Source: an uncultured Gemmatimonadales bacterium (lineage in GTDB: Bacteria; Gemmatimonadota; Gemmatimonadetes; Gemmatimonadales; GWC2-71-9). Taken from it: a DNA stretch of 64,000 nucleotides. A model generated the notes under the pieces. It had not been told where the DNA came from. It did not search any database and saw only the letters and a program-made list of their open reading frames with translations. The DNA lies in assembly GCA_963728915.1 (NCBI GenBank), contig CAVSLV010000002.1:160001-224000 (forward strand). The letters are read 5' to 3'. Positions 16,156 through 26,089 of this stretch are shown here, one piece after another. A program made the position numbers and the translations under genes. Position 1 is the first letter of the stretch, and each line of letters opens with the position of its first letter.

Positions 16156-16638
16156 ATGAAGAGCACAGAACTCTCCCCGGGTACAACGGCTCCGCCGTTC
16201 ACACTCCGGGCTGGGCCGGACAAGCAGGTCTCCCTGGGCGAGCTGGGTGGAAAACCGGTGGTCCTCGCGTTCTACCCCGCCGACTGGAGCCCAGTCTGCG
16301 GCGACCAGATGACGCTCTACAGCACCCTCAAGGAAGAATTTGATCGACTGGGGGCCGTCCTCTATGGCATTTCGGTGGACGGGCCGTGGTGTCACGCGGC
16401 CTTCATGGACACCCGAGGACTCCGGGTGGGACTTCTTTCTGACTTCGAGCCGAAGGGCGCGGTCTCGCGAGCCTACGGAGCCTACAACGAGCCAGACGGA
16501 ACCAGCACCCGTTCGCTCTTCGTGATCGACCCGGACGGGATCATCCGATGGAGCTATCGCTCCCCCGACGACATCAACCCCGGCGCCGACGGCATTCTCG
16601 AAGCCCTCGAGAACCTCGGCGCTCCCAGAGCGAGGTGA
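16156..16638 (+). CDS. Peroxiredoxin (AhpC/TSA, AhpE-like)
   Basis: Motifs FYPADWSPVC, GISVD and LLSDF. Confidence 0.9.
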   Translation: MKSTELSPGTTAPPFTLRAGPDKQVSLGELGGKPVVLAFYPADWSPVCGDQMTLYSTLKEEFDRLGAVLYGISVDGPWCHAAFMDTRGLRVGLLSDFEPKGAVSRAYGAYNEPDGTSTRSLFVIDPDGIIRWSYRSPDDINPGADGILEALENLGAPRAR

Positions 16639-16642
16639 GGGC

Positions 16643-17200
16643 ATGTCATCCCAGCGGCTCGCACCCGCGGTCTCGAATGCCGACCACGTCGCCGGCCCCG
16701 CGGACGCGGCGGTGACCCTGATCGAGTATGGCGATTTCGAGTGCCCCTACTGCGGGGCCGCGTATCCGATTCTCAAGCGGGTACAGGAACGAATGGCGGA
16801 CCGGCTCCGTTTCGTCTTCCGGCACTTCCCGATCAGCGAGTCCCACCCCCACGCCGAGCACGCGGCCGAGGCGTCGGAATCGGTGGCCGCTCGGGCGGGG
16901 AACGAGCCATTCTGGGCGATGCACGATCTCCTGTACGAGCACCAGCGCCGGCTCGATGACGCGCACCTGACCCGCTACGCCGAGCAGGCGGGCGTGGACG
17001 CGGCCGACACGCTGGCGGACCTCGAAACGGGGCGGTTCCGGAACGTGGTGCGCGAGTCGCTGCTGCAGGGCGCCCGCGCCGGGGTCAACGGGACGCCGAC
17101 GCTGTTTATCGATGGGATCCGCTATGACGGGCCGCGTGATGAGGAGACGCTCGTCGAAGCGCTCAGTCTGGTCGCCGAAGAGGCAGGGAAGGAGCGATAA
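16643..17200 (+). CDS. DsbA-like thioredoxin-fold protein
   Basis: Motifs EYGDFECPYC, FRHFP and GVNGTPT. Confidence 0.9.
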   Translation: MSSQRLAPAVSNADHVAGPADAAVTLIEYGDFECPYCGAAYPILKRVQERMADRLRFVFRHFPISESHPHAEHAAEASESVAARAGNEPFWAMHDLLYEHQRRLDDAHLTRYAEQAGVDAADTLADLETGRFRNVVRESLLQGARAGVNGTPTLFIDGIRYDGPRDEETLVEALSLVAEEAGKER

Positions 17201-17206
17201 AGGCCC

Positions 17207-17710
17207 ATGGTCGACACCGTCAACGCCCGGCTTTATGCCACCAAGAACGACCTGCCCGAGGCGTCCCGTCTGGAAGTCATTCGCCTGCTGAATCAGCGGC
17301 TCGCCGACAGCATTGATCTTGAGACCCAATGCAAGCAGGCCCACTGGAACGTCAAGGGCCCGACGTTCATCGCCCTCCACAAGCTCTTCGATGAGATCTA
17401 CGCAGACGTTGGGGGGTACGTGGACCTGATCGCCGAGCGGGTCGTGCAGCTTGGGGGAATCGCCGAAGGCACGATCGCGGTGGTCGCCGAGCGGTCGTCT
17501 CTGGCAGACTATCCGATCGGGATCGTCACCGGCGCCGAGCATATTGCGGCGCTTTCCGATGCCCTCGCCTCCTTCGGCCGGAGCGTCCGGATCGGCATCG
17601 AGGAAATGAACGATCTGGAAGACGCCGGCAGCGCCGACATCCTCACCGAGATCTCCCGCGGCGTGGACAAGTGGCTCTGGTTCACGGAGGCGCACCAGCA
17701 GGGTGCATAG
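17207..17710 (+). CDS. dps: DNA starvation/stationary-phase protection protein Dps
   Basis: Motifs KQAHWNVKGPTFIALHKLFD, DLIAER and DKWLWF. Confidence 0.95.
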   Translation: MVDTVNARLYATKNDLPEASRLEVIRLLNQRLADSIDLETQCKQAHWNVKGPTFIALHKLFDEIYADVGGYVDLIAERVVQLGGIAEGTIAVVAERSSLADYPIGIVTGAEHIAALSDALASFGRSVRIGIEEMNDLEDAGSADILTEISRGVDKWLWFTEAHQQGA

Positions 17711-17870
17711 CTCACATCCCCTCCTCCTGCTGAGGTTGTGAACGTCAGACCAAACCCGTGATGATGCCCTTCAGGAGCCATCGAGCCAACAACTACCCCC
17801 GCGAAACCTCCACCCTCGTCCCCTCGTACACCTCGTGGACCCTGGACCTCCTCGTCACGCGGGTATCTCC

Positions 17871-18356
17871 ATGTTCGGTCGGATCCTGCCTCGCCAGATC
17901 GACAATGTCTACGCCGGCCGGAAGCTCGGTCTCTGGGTCTTCGGGGCGGTCGTGCTCCTGAAGGTCGCCCAAAGCCTGGCCGTCATTTTCAATGGCTACA
18001 TGACGGCCCGCTCCGCCGACGGCATCCCCCTCGAGACCTATCCGCCCGCCACCGCCCAGACCGTAGTGGCCCTTTTCGGGCTCTCGGGGCTCTACCGGCT
18101 GTTCATTGGGTTGCTCTGCATCCTGGTCCTCGTACGGTATCGCCGCGCCATCCCCCTCATGTTTGTCGTGCTCCTGCTGAGCTATCTCGCCGTCCAACTC
18201 CTGCTGCGGATTACTCCGATTACCCGCGTGGGCACCCCGCCGGGCGCGATCGTCAACTTCGCCCTCTTCGTCCTCACCGTCCTGGGCCTGGCGCTGTCCC
18301 TGACGCCTCGCAAGGTGCCGGTCGTTCCTGGCGCCGGCCGCGCCGCTTCCGCCTAA
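17871..18356 (+). CDS. Membrane protein (possible former cassette gene)
   Basis: Four TM segments; stop inside GCCTAAC. Confidence 0.7.
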   Translation: MFGRILPRQIDNVYAGRKLGLWVFGAVVLLKVAQSLAVIFNGYMTARSADGIPLETYPPATAQTVVALFGLSGLYRLFIGLLCILVLVRYRRAIPLMFVVLLLSYLAVQLLLRITPITRVGTPPGAIVNFALFVLTVLGLALSLTPRKVPVVPGAGRAASA

Positions 18357-18416
18357 CCCGCACGTGTAGCCGAGGGTTTTCGCGGGGCGCGTGACGTCGA
18401 CTGAGGAGGGCGTGGT

Positions 18417-18687
18417 GTGACGAGAACTGAAGGCATCAGACTGACGCTCCGCGCTATCATGGAGCTTGGGGTAGTCGTTGGCTTCGCCTCCTGTCGACTT
18501 CCACCGGTTTGGGCGCGCCGCAGAATGGCTCCGGCTATTCGAAGAGCTGGCTTTATCGGGCCTGGCGGCCGTGGGGCTTTACGTCGCCGGCCAACACTCC
18601 CTGGGATGGGCCCTAGCCGGGTTGTCCGTCTTCTATCATCTGCTGGTCTACGCGACGGGCGGTCGTCTCTTGAAGCCGCGTTCTTAG
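18417..18687 (+). pseudogene. YrdB/DUF2568-like membrane protein remnant
   Basis: N-terminal LRAIMELGVVVGFA and C-terminal ...VFYHLLVYATGGRLLK lie in different frames with the middle missing. Confidence 0.55.
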
Positions 18688-18763
18688 AGGCCGCCCCCCT
18701 ACGGTGGGCCACCGCCGCCAGTTTTCATTTGTTCGGATCGAGCATCGAAGCTATGCTTATTCC

Positions 18764-19135
18764 ATGCGCCTGTTCCCCTCGGCGAGACAGAGTCCAGTGG
18801 TCCGGGCCATCGGGCTGGGGTTGGCGTTGCTGCTGTCGCTCGGGACCCCCGGCCTTGGGGCCATGGATCCCTCATGTCCGCATAACGGAACGAGTACCAC
18901 GGCTCATGCCGGGCACACCCATCACCCCGCGGATTCCCGCCCGGTCCCCAGCTCTCACGATTGTCATTGCATCGGTCCATGCCACGGCGTCGCGGCGTGG
19001 ACACCGGCCGTCTTGCCAGTCCACGACTCCGGGGCTCCGTCGAGCACCCTGCCGGCAGATTCTGCCCGCTCGTGGGCCCCACGGAGCCCAACCCCGCACC
19101 TCCGCCCGTTCGCGAACGCACCACCGCTCTCCTGA
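18764..19135 (+). CDS. Cys/His-rich DUF2946-like exported peptide (possible copper-responsive leader)
   Basis: Signal peptide, CPH..HAGHTHH, CHCIGPC, C-terminal PFANAPP; upstream of copC. Confidence 0.65.
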   Translation: MRLFPSARQSPVVRAIGLGLALLLSLGTPGLGAMDPSCPHNGTSTTAHAGHTHHPADSRPVPSSHDCHCIGPCHGVAAWTPAVLPVHDSGAPSSTLPADSARSWAPRSPTPHLRPFANAPPLS

Positions 19136-19290
19136 TCTGAACTTCGCCTGACACCACCGGTGCGACCCGCCTCGGGCGGGCGCACGGTCACACCCAAGGA
19201 GTGTCGGCGGCCCAGGACCCGCAGGCAATTCCCGGAGACGGTGCCACGCGAATCCCTGGACCAGCCCACTCATCCGTTGAAGGAGGTCGC

Positions 19291-19674
19291 ATGAAATCAT
19301 CGAAAGCCCTGCCCATCGGCGCCGCGACGGCGATGGCAGTCATGGTGCTCGCCGGAGCGGTTCCCGCCTCGCTGCTGCACAATCATCTGGTCAGGAGCCG
19401 GCCGGGTGCCGGGGAAGTTCTCACAGCCTCGCCGAAGGAGGTGGAGCTCTGGTTTGCCGAGCGCCCCGAAATCGCCTTCACCAGCATCACGCTGACCGAC
19501 ACCACGGGGAAACGTTTTCCAACCGGCAAAGGGGTGGCGAGCTCGGACACCCTGGCGCTCCGGTTCTCGGTGGATGGAACCCTGCCGCTGGGGTCCTACG
19601 ACCTGGTCTGGCGTACCGCGAGTGAGGATGGCCACGCGGTTCGGGGGCAATACCGATTCCAGATCAGTCCCTGA
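19291..19674 (+). CDS. copC: Copper resistance protein CopC
   Basis: His after the signal peptide, LVRSRP...P.EVEL.F.E, WRTASEDGH.V.G.Y.F. Confidence 0.9.
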   Translation: MKSSKALPIGAATAMAVMVLAGAVPASLLHNHLVRSRPGAGEVLTASPKEVELWFAERPEIAFTSITLTDTTGKRFPTGKGVASSDTLALRFSVDGTLPLGSYDLVWRTASEDGHAVRGQYRFQISP

Positions 19675-19752
19675 GCCGCCGGCTGAGCGCCCGTGCGCCA
19701 CGTGCTCGATCGGCCGAGTTTCAATTCCATCACAGATTGAGGAAATGTTCCA

Positions 19753-20526
19753 ATGGATAAGACCCTGCACACCAAACGCCTGAAGGCCTTTGCCCTCACC
19801 GACCCGCTCCGCGTCATTCGTCCCGCCAGCGTGCGGCGGGCCTGGATGGATGAAACCCCGGAACGGTTCGCCTATCGCTGTCTTCCTCTGACGATCGCCA
19901 ACAGCTTCGGGTGGGAGATCCTCTCCCCGGTCGCGTTCGAGGCGACCTGGAACGGTGGCACCCGGGCGCGGGACCTCGAGATCACCATGCTCTCCGGGGC
20001 GGAGAACGCCGTGACCAGCCACTTTGGAGTCGGCGTCCTCACCTTCCATGTCGGATACCTCTTCCGCACCGAGAGCGGGATCTCCCTCATGGCGATGGGA
20101 CCGGCGAACGCACCGAAAGATGGCATTGCCGCGCTGACCGGCGTCATCGAGACCGCGTGGGCGCCCTATCCGTTTACCATGAACTGGCGGTTCACCAGGA
20201 CGAACCACCCCGTTCGCTTCGAGGAGGGCGAGCCGATCTGTTGCATCATGCCGGTATCCCTGGGGTTGCTGGAGAATACCCGTCCGGAAATCCTGAACCT
20301 GGGAGCCGATCCACGCACCAAGGCGAAGTTCGAGGAGTGGTCGCAGTCACGCAACAGCTTCAATAGCGACCTCCGGGTCCAGGGCAGCGAGGCGCGGGAC
20401 GCCAAGTGGCAGAGGCGCTATCACAAAGGCCAGGAGCCGGATGGCAGTCCGACGCCGTACGCACACAAGACCGCGGTGACGGTGCGGCCTTTCGTCGATC
20501 ACCGCCAGAGCGCCAAGGCACGCTGA
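19753..20526 (+). CDS. DUF6065-like protein
   Basis: Motifs RAWMD.TP.RFAYRCLPL.IAN..GW, SHFG.G, ET.W.PYPFTMNW. Confidence 0.8.
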   Translation: MDKTLHTKRLKAFALTDPLRVIRPASVRRAWMDETPERFAYRCLPLTIANSFGWEILSPVAFEATWNGGTRARDLEITMLSGAENAVTSHFGVGVLTFHVGYLFRTESGISLMAMGPANAPKDGIAALTGVIETAWAPYPFTMNWRFTRTNHPVRFEEGEPICCIMPVSLGLLENTRPEILNLGADPRTKAKFEEWSQSRNSFNSDLRVQGSEARDAKWQRRYHKGQEPDGSPTPYAHKTAVTVRPFVDHRQSAKAR

Positions 20527-20618
20527 GCGGAACGGCGACCGTTGGCGTCCTGGGTCGCGCCGCAGCAGTCGCCCGGTATCTTTGAACCTGCCCTCTTCAT
20601 GACACTTGGAAGGTCCTG

Positions 20619-21116
20619 ATGATTCGATTCACTCTCCTTCGTTGGTCCGTGCTGGCAGCCCTCCTCGCGGGCGGGTGCGGTGGTCCAACGCCCGCGACCA
20701 CACGCGTCGAGGGGTTGCCCTTCGATCTGGACGCAACGCGTCGCCTCATCGCGCAGCAGAACGAGCGCTTCACCAGGGCGCACGTCACGGGCGACATCGC
20801 CACGATCGATTCGATGTTTGCCCCGGACGCCAAGTCCTTTCCTCCCGGAGCCGCCACGGTGACCGGCCTCCCGGCGATGCACGCCTTCACCATGGAGTAC
20901 CTCAAGGCCGGCATCTCGGAGTTTCGCGAGGAGACCACCGATTTCTACGGGAACGCGGAGTATGTGGTTGATGCAGGCACCTACGAGGTGACCTACGGCC
21001 CGGCTCACGTGACCGAGCGCGGCAAGTACCTGAACGTATGGACGTACGTCAATGGAAGCTGGAAGATCAAGGCGAACATGTGGAACACCGACCCGCCCGC
21101 TCCGACGCCCAAGTGA
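20619..21116 (+). CDS. NTF2-like (DUF4440) lipoprotein
   Basis: Lipobox LAGGC; motif GKYLNVW...GSWKI. Confidence 0.8.
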   Translation: MIRFTLLRWSVLAALLAGGCGGPTPATTRVEGLPFDLDATRRLIAQQNERFTRAHVTGDIATIDSMFAPDAKSFPPGAATVTGLPAMHAFTMEYLKAGISEFREETTDFYGNAEYVVDAGTYEVTYGPAHVTERGKYLNVWTYVNGSWKIKANMWNTDPPAPTPK

Positions 21117-21787
21117 ATGGCCGCGTCTTCTCAGAAGAGCCGAGCGATCCGAGGCGCTTCACCCGCCGCTTCGACACCTTCTACACCCGTTTCGCTCGCG
21201 GGTACGACTTCCTCGTCAAGACGGTCCCCGTCTGGAAGACCTGGCTGAAGGCGGTCCTCCCGTATCTGCGGGGCCCGCGGGTGCTGGAAGTCTCGTTCGG
21301 CACCGGATATCTGATGACCCAGTACGCCGGGCGGTTCACCGTCTATGGGATCGACTACAACCTCCGCATGGTGCAGACCGCGTGTCAGAACCTGCGGCAA
21401 CGAGGACTCCCGGCTCACCTGCAGCAGGCGGACGTGGCCGCCCTCCCATATGCGACCGCCAGTGTCGACACCGTGGTCAACACGATGGCCTATTCAGGAT
21501 ATCCCGACGGGACAGCGGCGCTCCGCGAGATGACGCGCGTCCTGCGACCCGGAGGGCGTCTGATCCTGCTCGACGTCAATTTTCCTCGCGATGGCAACTG
21601 GCCAGGCACCCGATGTGTCCGCCTGTGGGCGCGGGCGGGAGACGTGATTCGCGACGTGGACAGGCTGCTGACGGGAGCCGGCCTGAGACACGAAGAACGT
21701 GAGATAGGCGGCTGGGGCAGTATCCATCTCTACCTCGGGACGAAAGAGCCGGCGCAGGCAGAAGCGCACCGCCCCAGCACCTGGTGA
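21113..21787 (+). CDS. Class I SAM-dependent methyltransferase
   Basis: Motifs VLEVSFGTG, ADVAALP and RVLRPGG. Confidence 0.88.
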   Translation: MNGRVFSEEPSDPRRFTRRFDTFYTRFARGYDFLVKTVPVWKTWLKAVLPYLRGPRVLEVSFGTGYLMTQYAGRFTVYGIDYNLRMVQTACQNLRQRGLPAHLQQADVAALPYATASVDTVVNTMAYSGYPDGTAALREMTRVLRPGGRLILLDVNFPRDGNWPGTRCVRLWARAGDVIRDVDRLLTGAGLRHEEREIGGWGSIHLYLGTKEPAQAEAHRPSTW

Positions 21788-21855
21788 CCACCGGCGCATA
21801 TCGCGTCAGCCGCAATCCGACGTACGTCGCGGTCCTGCTCATTCTGGTGGGATGA
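21781..21855 (+). pseudogene. Isoprenylcysteine carboxyl methyltransferase-family fragment
   Basis: LVTTGAYRVSRNPTYVAVLLILVG, the family's characteristic RNP.Y segment, with no start or rest of gene. Confidence 0.55.
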
Positions 21856-21883
21856 ACCGGCGAAGCGAGCGTTCGCAAGGGGT

Positions 21884-22423
21884 CTAGGGGCCGCTGACGA
21901 GCTTGCCGTTCGTGGAAAGATCCGGATCGGTACAGGCCGCAAGGTTGAAACAGCAGGGACGCCGCTTTCCGCTGCTCATCTTGGAGATGCTCACCTCAAC
22001 CCGCCGCTTGCGAGTGTCGGGATTCCTGGTCGCGGAGACCCACCGCACCCATTCCCATCGCGCCATCGGGGTAATCGCAACCCAGAGGTCTTTGATCTTC
22101 TGTGGCGCATCGGCGAGCGCTGCTTTCAGGTCCGGCGGCAGGCGCGGTTCCGGCCACTTGTCGGTTGGCTCAATCGCGACGGTGACGGTGTCGCCAGCCT
22201 TGATCCCAGCGGCCCGTTGCACCCTGGGATTCACGCTCATCCAGTGGCCGAAATCGCCGTCGGGCTCCAGGACCGTCTCGAATGGGTGTCGGTTGATCAT
22301 TCCGTGCACCGCCACCTGACCCCGGGATGGGAGCTTCCTGCTCGCCGCCGCGGGCAGCTGCAGGATGGTCCGCCCCTTCGTGGTGCCCAGTGTGGCGTCG
22401 AAGCGAATGGCCGTCGTGGTCAT
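21884..22423 (-). CDS. DUF1905 + YdeI/OmdA-domain protein
   Basis: Motifs LPSRGQVAV.G.IN, P.DL..AL and WVRWV..TRN..TR.RR. Confidence 0.82.
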   Translation of the reverse strand: MTTTAIRFDATLGTTKGRTILQLPAAASRKLPSRGQVAVHGMINRHPFETVLEPDGDFGHWMSVNPRVQRAAGIKAGDTVTVAIEPTDKWPEPRLPPDLKAALADAPQKIKDLWVAITPMARWEWVRWVSATRNPDTRKRRVEVSISKMSSGKRRPCCFNLAACTDPDLSTNGKLVSGP

Positions 22424-22512
22424 ATCCTGAGTGATAATATTGCGGCGCGCACCGGACAATGCGTCCGCCCGGAAACCGCCGGGAGCAACAACACCACAGG
22501 AAAGGGCACGTC

Positions 22513-22755
22513 ATGAAGGCCGCGGTACTGCACTCGCTCACCGGACACGACCTCAAGGCGGAGTCCACCGGAAGCCGTCTGGTCGAGATCGGTGAAATAG
22601 CGGGCCCGACCATCTTCGAGGCCTTCCCCCAGATCTGGGCGCTCGCTGGCGATGGCGCTCTCCGTATCGATACCGAGCCGGTACCGCTCGCCGACGTAGA
22701 ACGCGCCTGGCAACAAGACGATGCAGGTGGCCGGAGAATGGTCATCATCCCCTAG
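22513..22755 (+). pseudogene. Zinc-binding/quinone oxidoreductase collapsed by internal deletions
   Basis: N-terminal MKAAVLH fused to RLVEIGEIAGP and C-terminal VPLADVERAW...RMVIIP in only 80 aa. Confidence 0.65.
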
Positions 22756-22856
22756 CCGGGCGGACACAGGACGATCCCCACTGTTGTCACGAGACAGGGA
22801 ATCCAGGCGTCACCATTCGGAGCGGAGCACGGCAACCTCATCAGGTCCGGAACAGC

Positions 22857-24132
22857 ATGCTGGACACGACAAGCGGAACACTCGTGCAGGGACACGTCGC
22901 GGAAGGCTGGGGGAAAGTCGCCGATATCTTCCGTGCCAACTTCGAAGGCAACCCCGGCGAGGTCGGCGCGGCGTGCTGCGTCTACGCGGGTGGTCGCCCT
23001 GTCGTCGATCTGTGGGGCGGCCTCGCCGATCGCGAGGCGAACCGTCCGTGGGAGAGGGACACCATCGTCGCCGTCGCATCCACGACCAAAGGCGCGACCG
23101 CGATCTGCGCCCACCTGTTGGTGCAGCGCGGCGAGCTCGATCTGGACGCTCCGGTGGTCAGGTACTGGCCGGAGTTCGGCTCTGCCGGCAAGGAGCGGAT
23201 CCCGGTGCGCTGGCTGCTTTCACACCAGGCCGGGCTGCCGATCGTCGACGGACCGCTGACCTTCGAGGAGGCCTGCGCCTGGCATCCGGTCATCCGGGCA
23301 CTGGAGGCGCAGAAGCCGGAGTGGGAGCCGGGCACCGAGCACGTCTACCACAGCGTGACCTTCGGGTTCCTGGTCGGGGAGCTCGTGCGCCGGATCACCG
23401 GCAAGTCGCTCGGTCGCTTCTTCGCCGACGAGGTCGCCGCCCCGCTCGGCTTGAGCGCCTGGATCGGGCTGCCCCAGGCAGCAGGAAGGACGAGTGGCAC
23501 CGATCGAGTATGCCGCTCCGTTAACGATGGAGGAGATGACCGCCGGGATGATCGAGAGCAGCGGCCTCGACAGAGACACGGTCATCGCCTGGATGAACGC
23601 TGTCTGGGGCCCGGACTCCGTGCAAGCCCGTGCCGGCGCGCTCGGCGGGGCCCTGGATCCCGCCAGCGGCTACATGAACACGCGCGCCTGGCGTGCTGCC
23701 GAGTTTCCCTGCTGCAACATGTTCGCCGACGCTCGATCGCTGGCGCGGATGTATGCGGCCACGGTGAGCAAGGTCGACGGCGTCCGGCTGCTCGATCCGG
23801 CGACGGTCGAGAGGATGACCGTCGTCCAGACCGACAGGACGCGGATGAACGGGCTTCCGCCGGGACTGGATATTCCGCCCGACCGCTCCTTCTACATGTC
23901 GCTCGGGTTCTGGCGGGCCTGCCCGCCGATGCCCTGGGTCGGGCCCGGGTCGTTCGGTCATCCCGGCTCGGGCGGATCGGTCGCCTTCGGCGACTCCGAT
24001 GCCGGGGTCGGCTTCGGCTACGTCACGAATCTGTGGTCCTTCCGGATTGGCGAACCACGGGCGTCGAACCTGGCCGCGGCGGTCGTGGACTGTCTCGGGT
24101 GGCAACCCAGGAGTCCGATCCGAAGCCGATAA
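22857..24132 (+). pseudogene. Serine hydrolase (beta-lactamase/esterase family), frameshifted near 23480
   Basis: SxxK (STTK), LLSHQAG and YH in the first frame; FGHPGSGGS in the second frame. Confidence 0.85.
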
Positions 24133-24243
24133 ACAACCAACGGCATGCTCGTCCAATCCTGACACGCTCTTCCCATAGGGCCCCCCCTCCCGCAGGACGC
24201 CGTGCGTCGTGGGTGTTAGACTTGCCCGGGGAGGACTGTCGCC

Positions 24244-25974
24244 ATGAGCCGATCGCACCCCCGGTGGTCCACTGCGCGTTCCCGTTCGGGCCTGCGACGG
24301 CTGCTCGCGATTGCCATGACCGCGCTCTACGCGGCGTGCTCGGGGGGAACCACCGAGACTCGCACCGTGGCATCGGTCCGGGTGAACCCTGCTTCCCAGT
24401 CGATCCAGGTCGGACACTCGGTGCAGCTCACCGCATCTCCCGAGGACGGGAACGGCGCGGCGGTCACCGGTCAATCGGTCTCCTGGAGCTCGGGGAGTCT
24501 GGCGATCGCCACCGTCTCGGCCAGCGGCCTGGTGAGCGGCATTGCGGCGGGCGGTCCGGTCACGATCAGCGCAACCGCCCAGGGAGTGACCGGCTCCGCG
24601 AGCATCACCGTCACCCCCGTGCCGGTGGCCCAGGTGACGGTCACCCCGGCGAGCGTATCGATCATCGCGGGCGCGGCGACCCAGCTCGTCGCGGCCACGA
24701 AGGACGCTGGTGGGACGGTCCTGAGCGGTCGCCCCGTCACCTGGACCTCGAGCAACAACGCGCTTGCCACCGTCTCCGCCACCGGCCAGGTCACGGGCCT
24801 GACCGCCGGCGGACCGGTCACCGTCACGGCGAACAGCGAAGGCATCACCGGCACTGCTGCCGTCACGATCGAGGCGGGGACGGTGTACGATGCCGCCAAC
24901 GACATCAGCTGGCTGACCGATGCCGACCTGCCGGCCAGCAACCGCTTTGGTGTTCCGCTCTGCACCGGCACCGGCAACCAGACCTGCGTCAACCCGAGCG
25001 GCTCGATGCGCTACGATGCCGCGGTGGCATGGGTCGCCGGCATGAACGCCGCCAACTACCTGGGGCACGCTGACTGGCTGCTCCCCACGTCGCCGGTCAC
25101 CGACAACAACTGTGGCCGAGTCGGACCGAATGGCAACTCGTTCGGGTTCGGCTGCACCCGGAGCGCGCTGGCAACCATGTACGATGGCCTCGGCCTCAGC
25201 CCGCCGAATAGCGCGGTTCCCATCACCACCAGCACCATCGGCCCGTTCAGCAACCTTCAGCCGTACCTCTACTGGTCGCAGACGACCGCTTCGGCGACCA
25301 GTGGCAATGCCACCTTCTCGTTCGCGACCGGCTGGCAGGGCGCGAACACGCTGCCGAATTTCCTGTACGCGTGGCCCATGACCCCCGGCAAGCTCGCCGG
25401 CACTCCCGCTGCCAGCGGCTCCGGTCTGCAGATCAACCCCGGCGGCCAGACCATCTACGATCCAATGACGGATGTCACGTGGCTGGCCAACGCGAACCTG
25501 GCCGCGAGCAACCGGTTCGGTCTGCCGGTATGTACCGATCCGCTCACTCCGGCGCTGTGCGTCGCGGCGGACGGGGCGATGACCCTCGCGTCCACCGCCC
25601 AGTTCCTGGCAAACATGAATGCCGCGGCATACCTCGGCCAGACCAACTGGCAACTGCCGGCCATTGACGCGGCCTGTCCCGGTTACAACTGCTCCGGGGT
25701 GCAGAACCCAATGGGGAACCTGTTCTACACCCAGCTGGGCCTCCTCCGGGGAGGCACGGTGGCCTCGCCCCACGAAACGGTTGGCCCGTTCCACAACATC
25801 CAGCCGTATCTCTACTGGAGTTGTGCCGCGCCCACGATTCAGAGCACCTGCGACCCCGATGGCGCCGCGCCGAACTTTCAGTGGAGCTTTTCCTTCGGCA
25901 GCGGGTTTCAGGGCACCGATCTGCTTGCGAACTCGTTGTTTGTCACCGCCTATCATGTCGGTCGTGGCGGTTAG
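24244..25974 (+). CDS. Lipoprotein with two Ig-like (Big_2) domains and two DUF1566/Lcl-like repeats
   Basis: Lipobox YAAC; two V.V.P...W.SS...ATVSA.G.V.G repeats; two YD...WL..A...W.LP...LYWS...FSF..G.Q repeats. Confidence 0.8.
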   Translation: MSRSHPRWSTARSRSGLRRLLAIAMTALYAACSGGTTETRTVASVRVNPASQSIQVGHSVQLTASPEDGNGAAVTGQSVSWSSGSLAIATVSASGLVSGIAAGGPVTISATAQGVTGSASITVTPVPVAQVTVTPASVSIIAGAATQLVAATKDAGGTVLSGRPVTWTSSNNALATVSATGQVTGLTAGGPVTVTANSEGITGTAAVTIEAGTVYDAANDISWLTDADLPASNRFGVPLCTGTGNQTCVNPSGSMRYDAAVAWVAGMNAANYLGHADWLLPTSPVTDNNCGRVGPNGNSFGFGCTRSALATMYDGLGLSPPNSAVPITTSTIGPFSNLQPYLYWSQTTASATSGNATFSFATGWQGANTLPNFLYAWPMTPGKLAGTPAASGSGLQINPGGQTIYDPMTDVTWLANANLAASNRFGLPVCTDPLTPALCVAADGAMTLASTAQFLANMNAAAYLGQTNWQLPAIDAACPGYNCSGVQNPMGNLFYTQLGLLRGGTVASPHETVGPFHNIQPYLYWSCAAPTIQSTCDPDGAAPNFQWSFSFGSGFQGTDLLANSLFVTAYHVGRGG

Positions 25975-26089
25975 GGAGGAGGGGAGTTGGACGAGGCAAC
26001 CAAAGCAAACCTCGGGTTGTCGCGGCCAGGGCGCTGCACTCCCCAGGATCTGATGCGGCACATCACCATCATTTCGGCGGACAGCATGA

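Noticed and set aside
22857..25073. 738-aa beta-lactamase fusion
   Set aside because: After ~23480 the frame is non-protein-like; the real C-terminus is in another frame
24870..25974. Diversity-generating retroelement
   Set aside because: No reverse transcriptase or near-identical template repeat in the window; the two units differ at all base types
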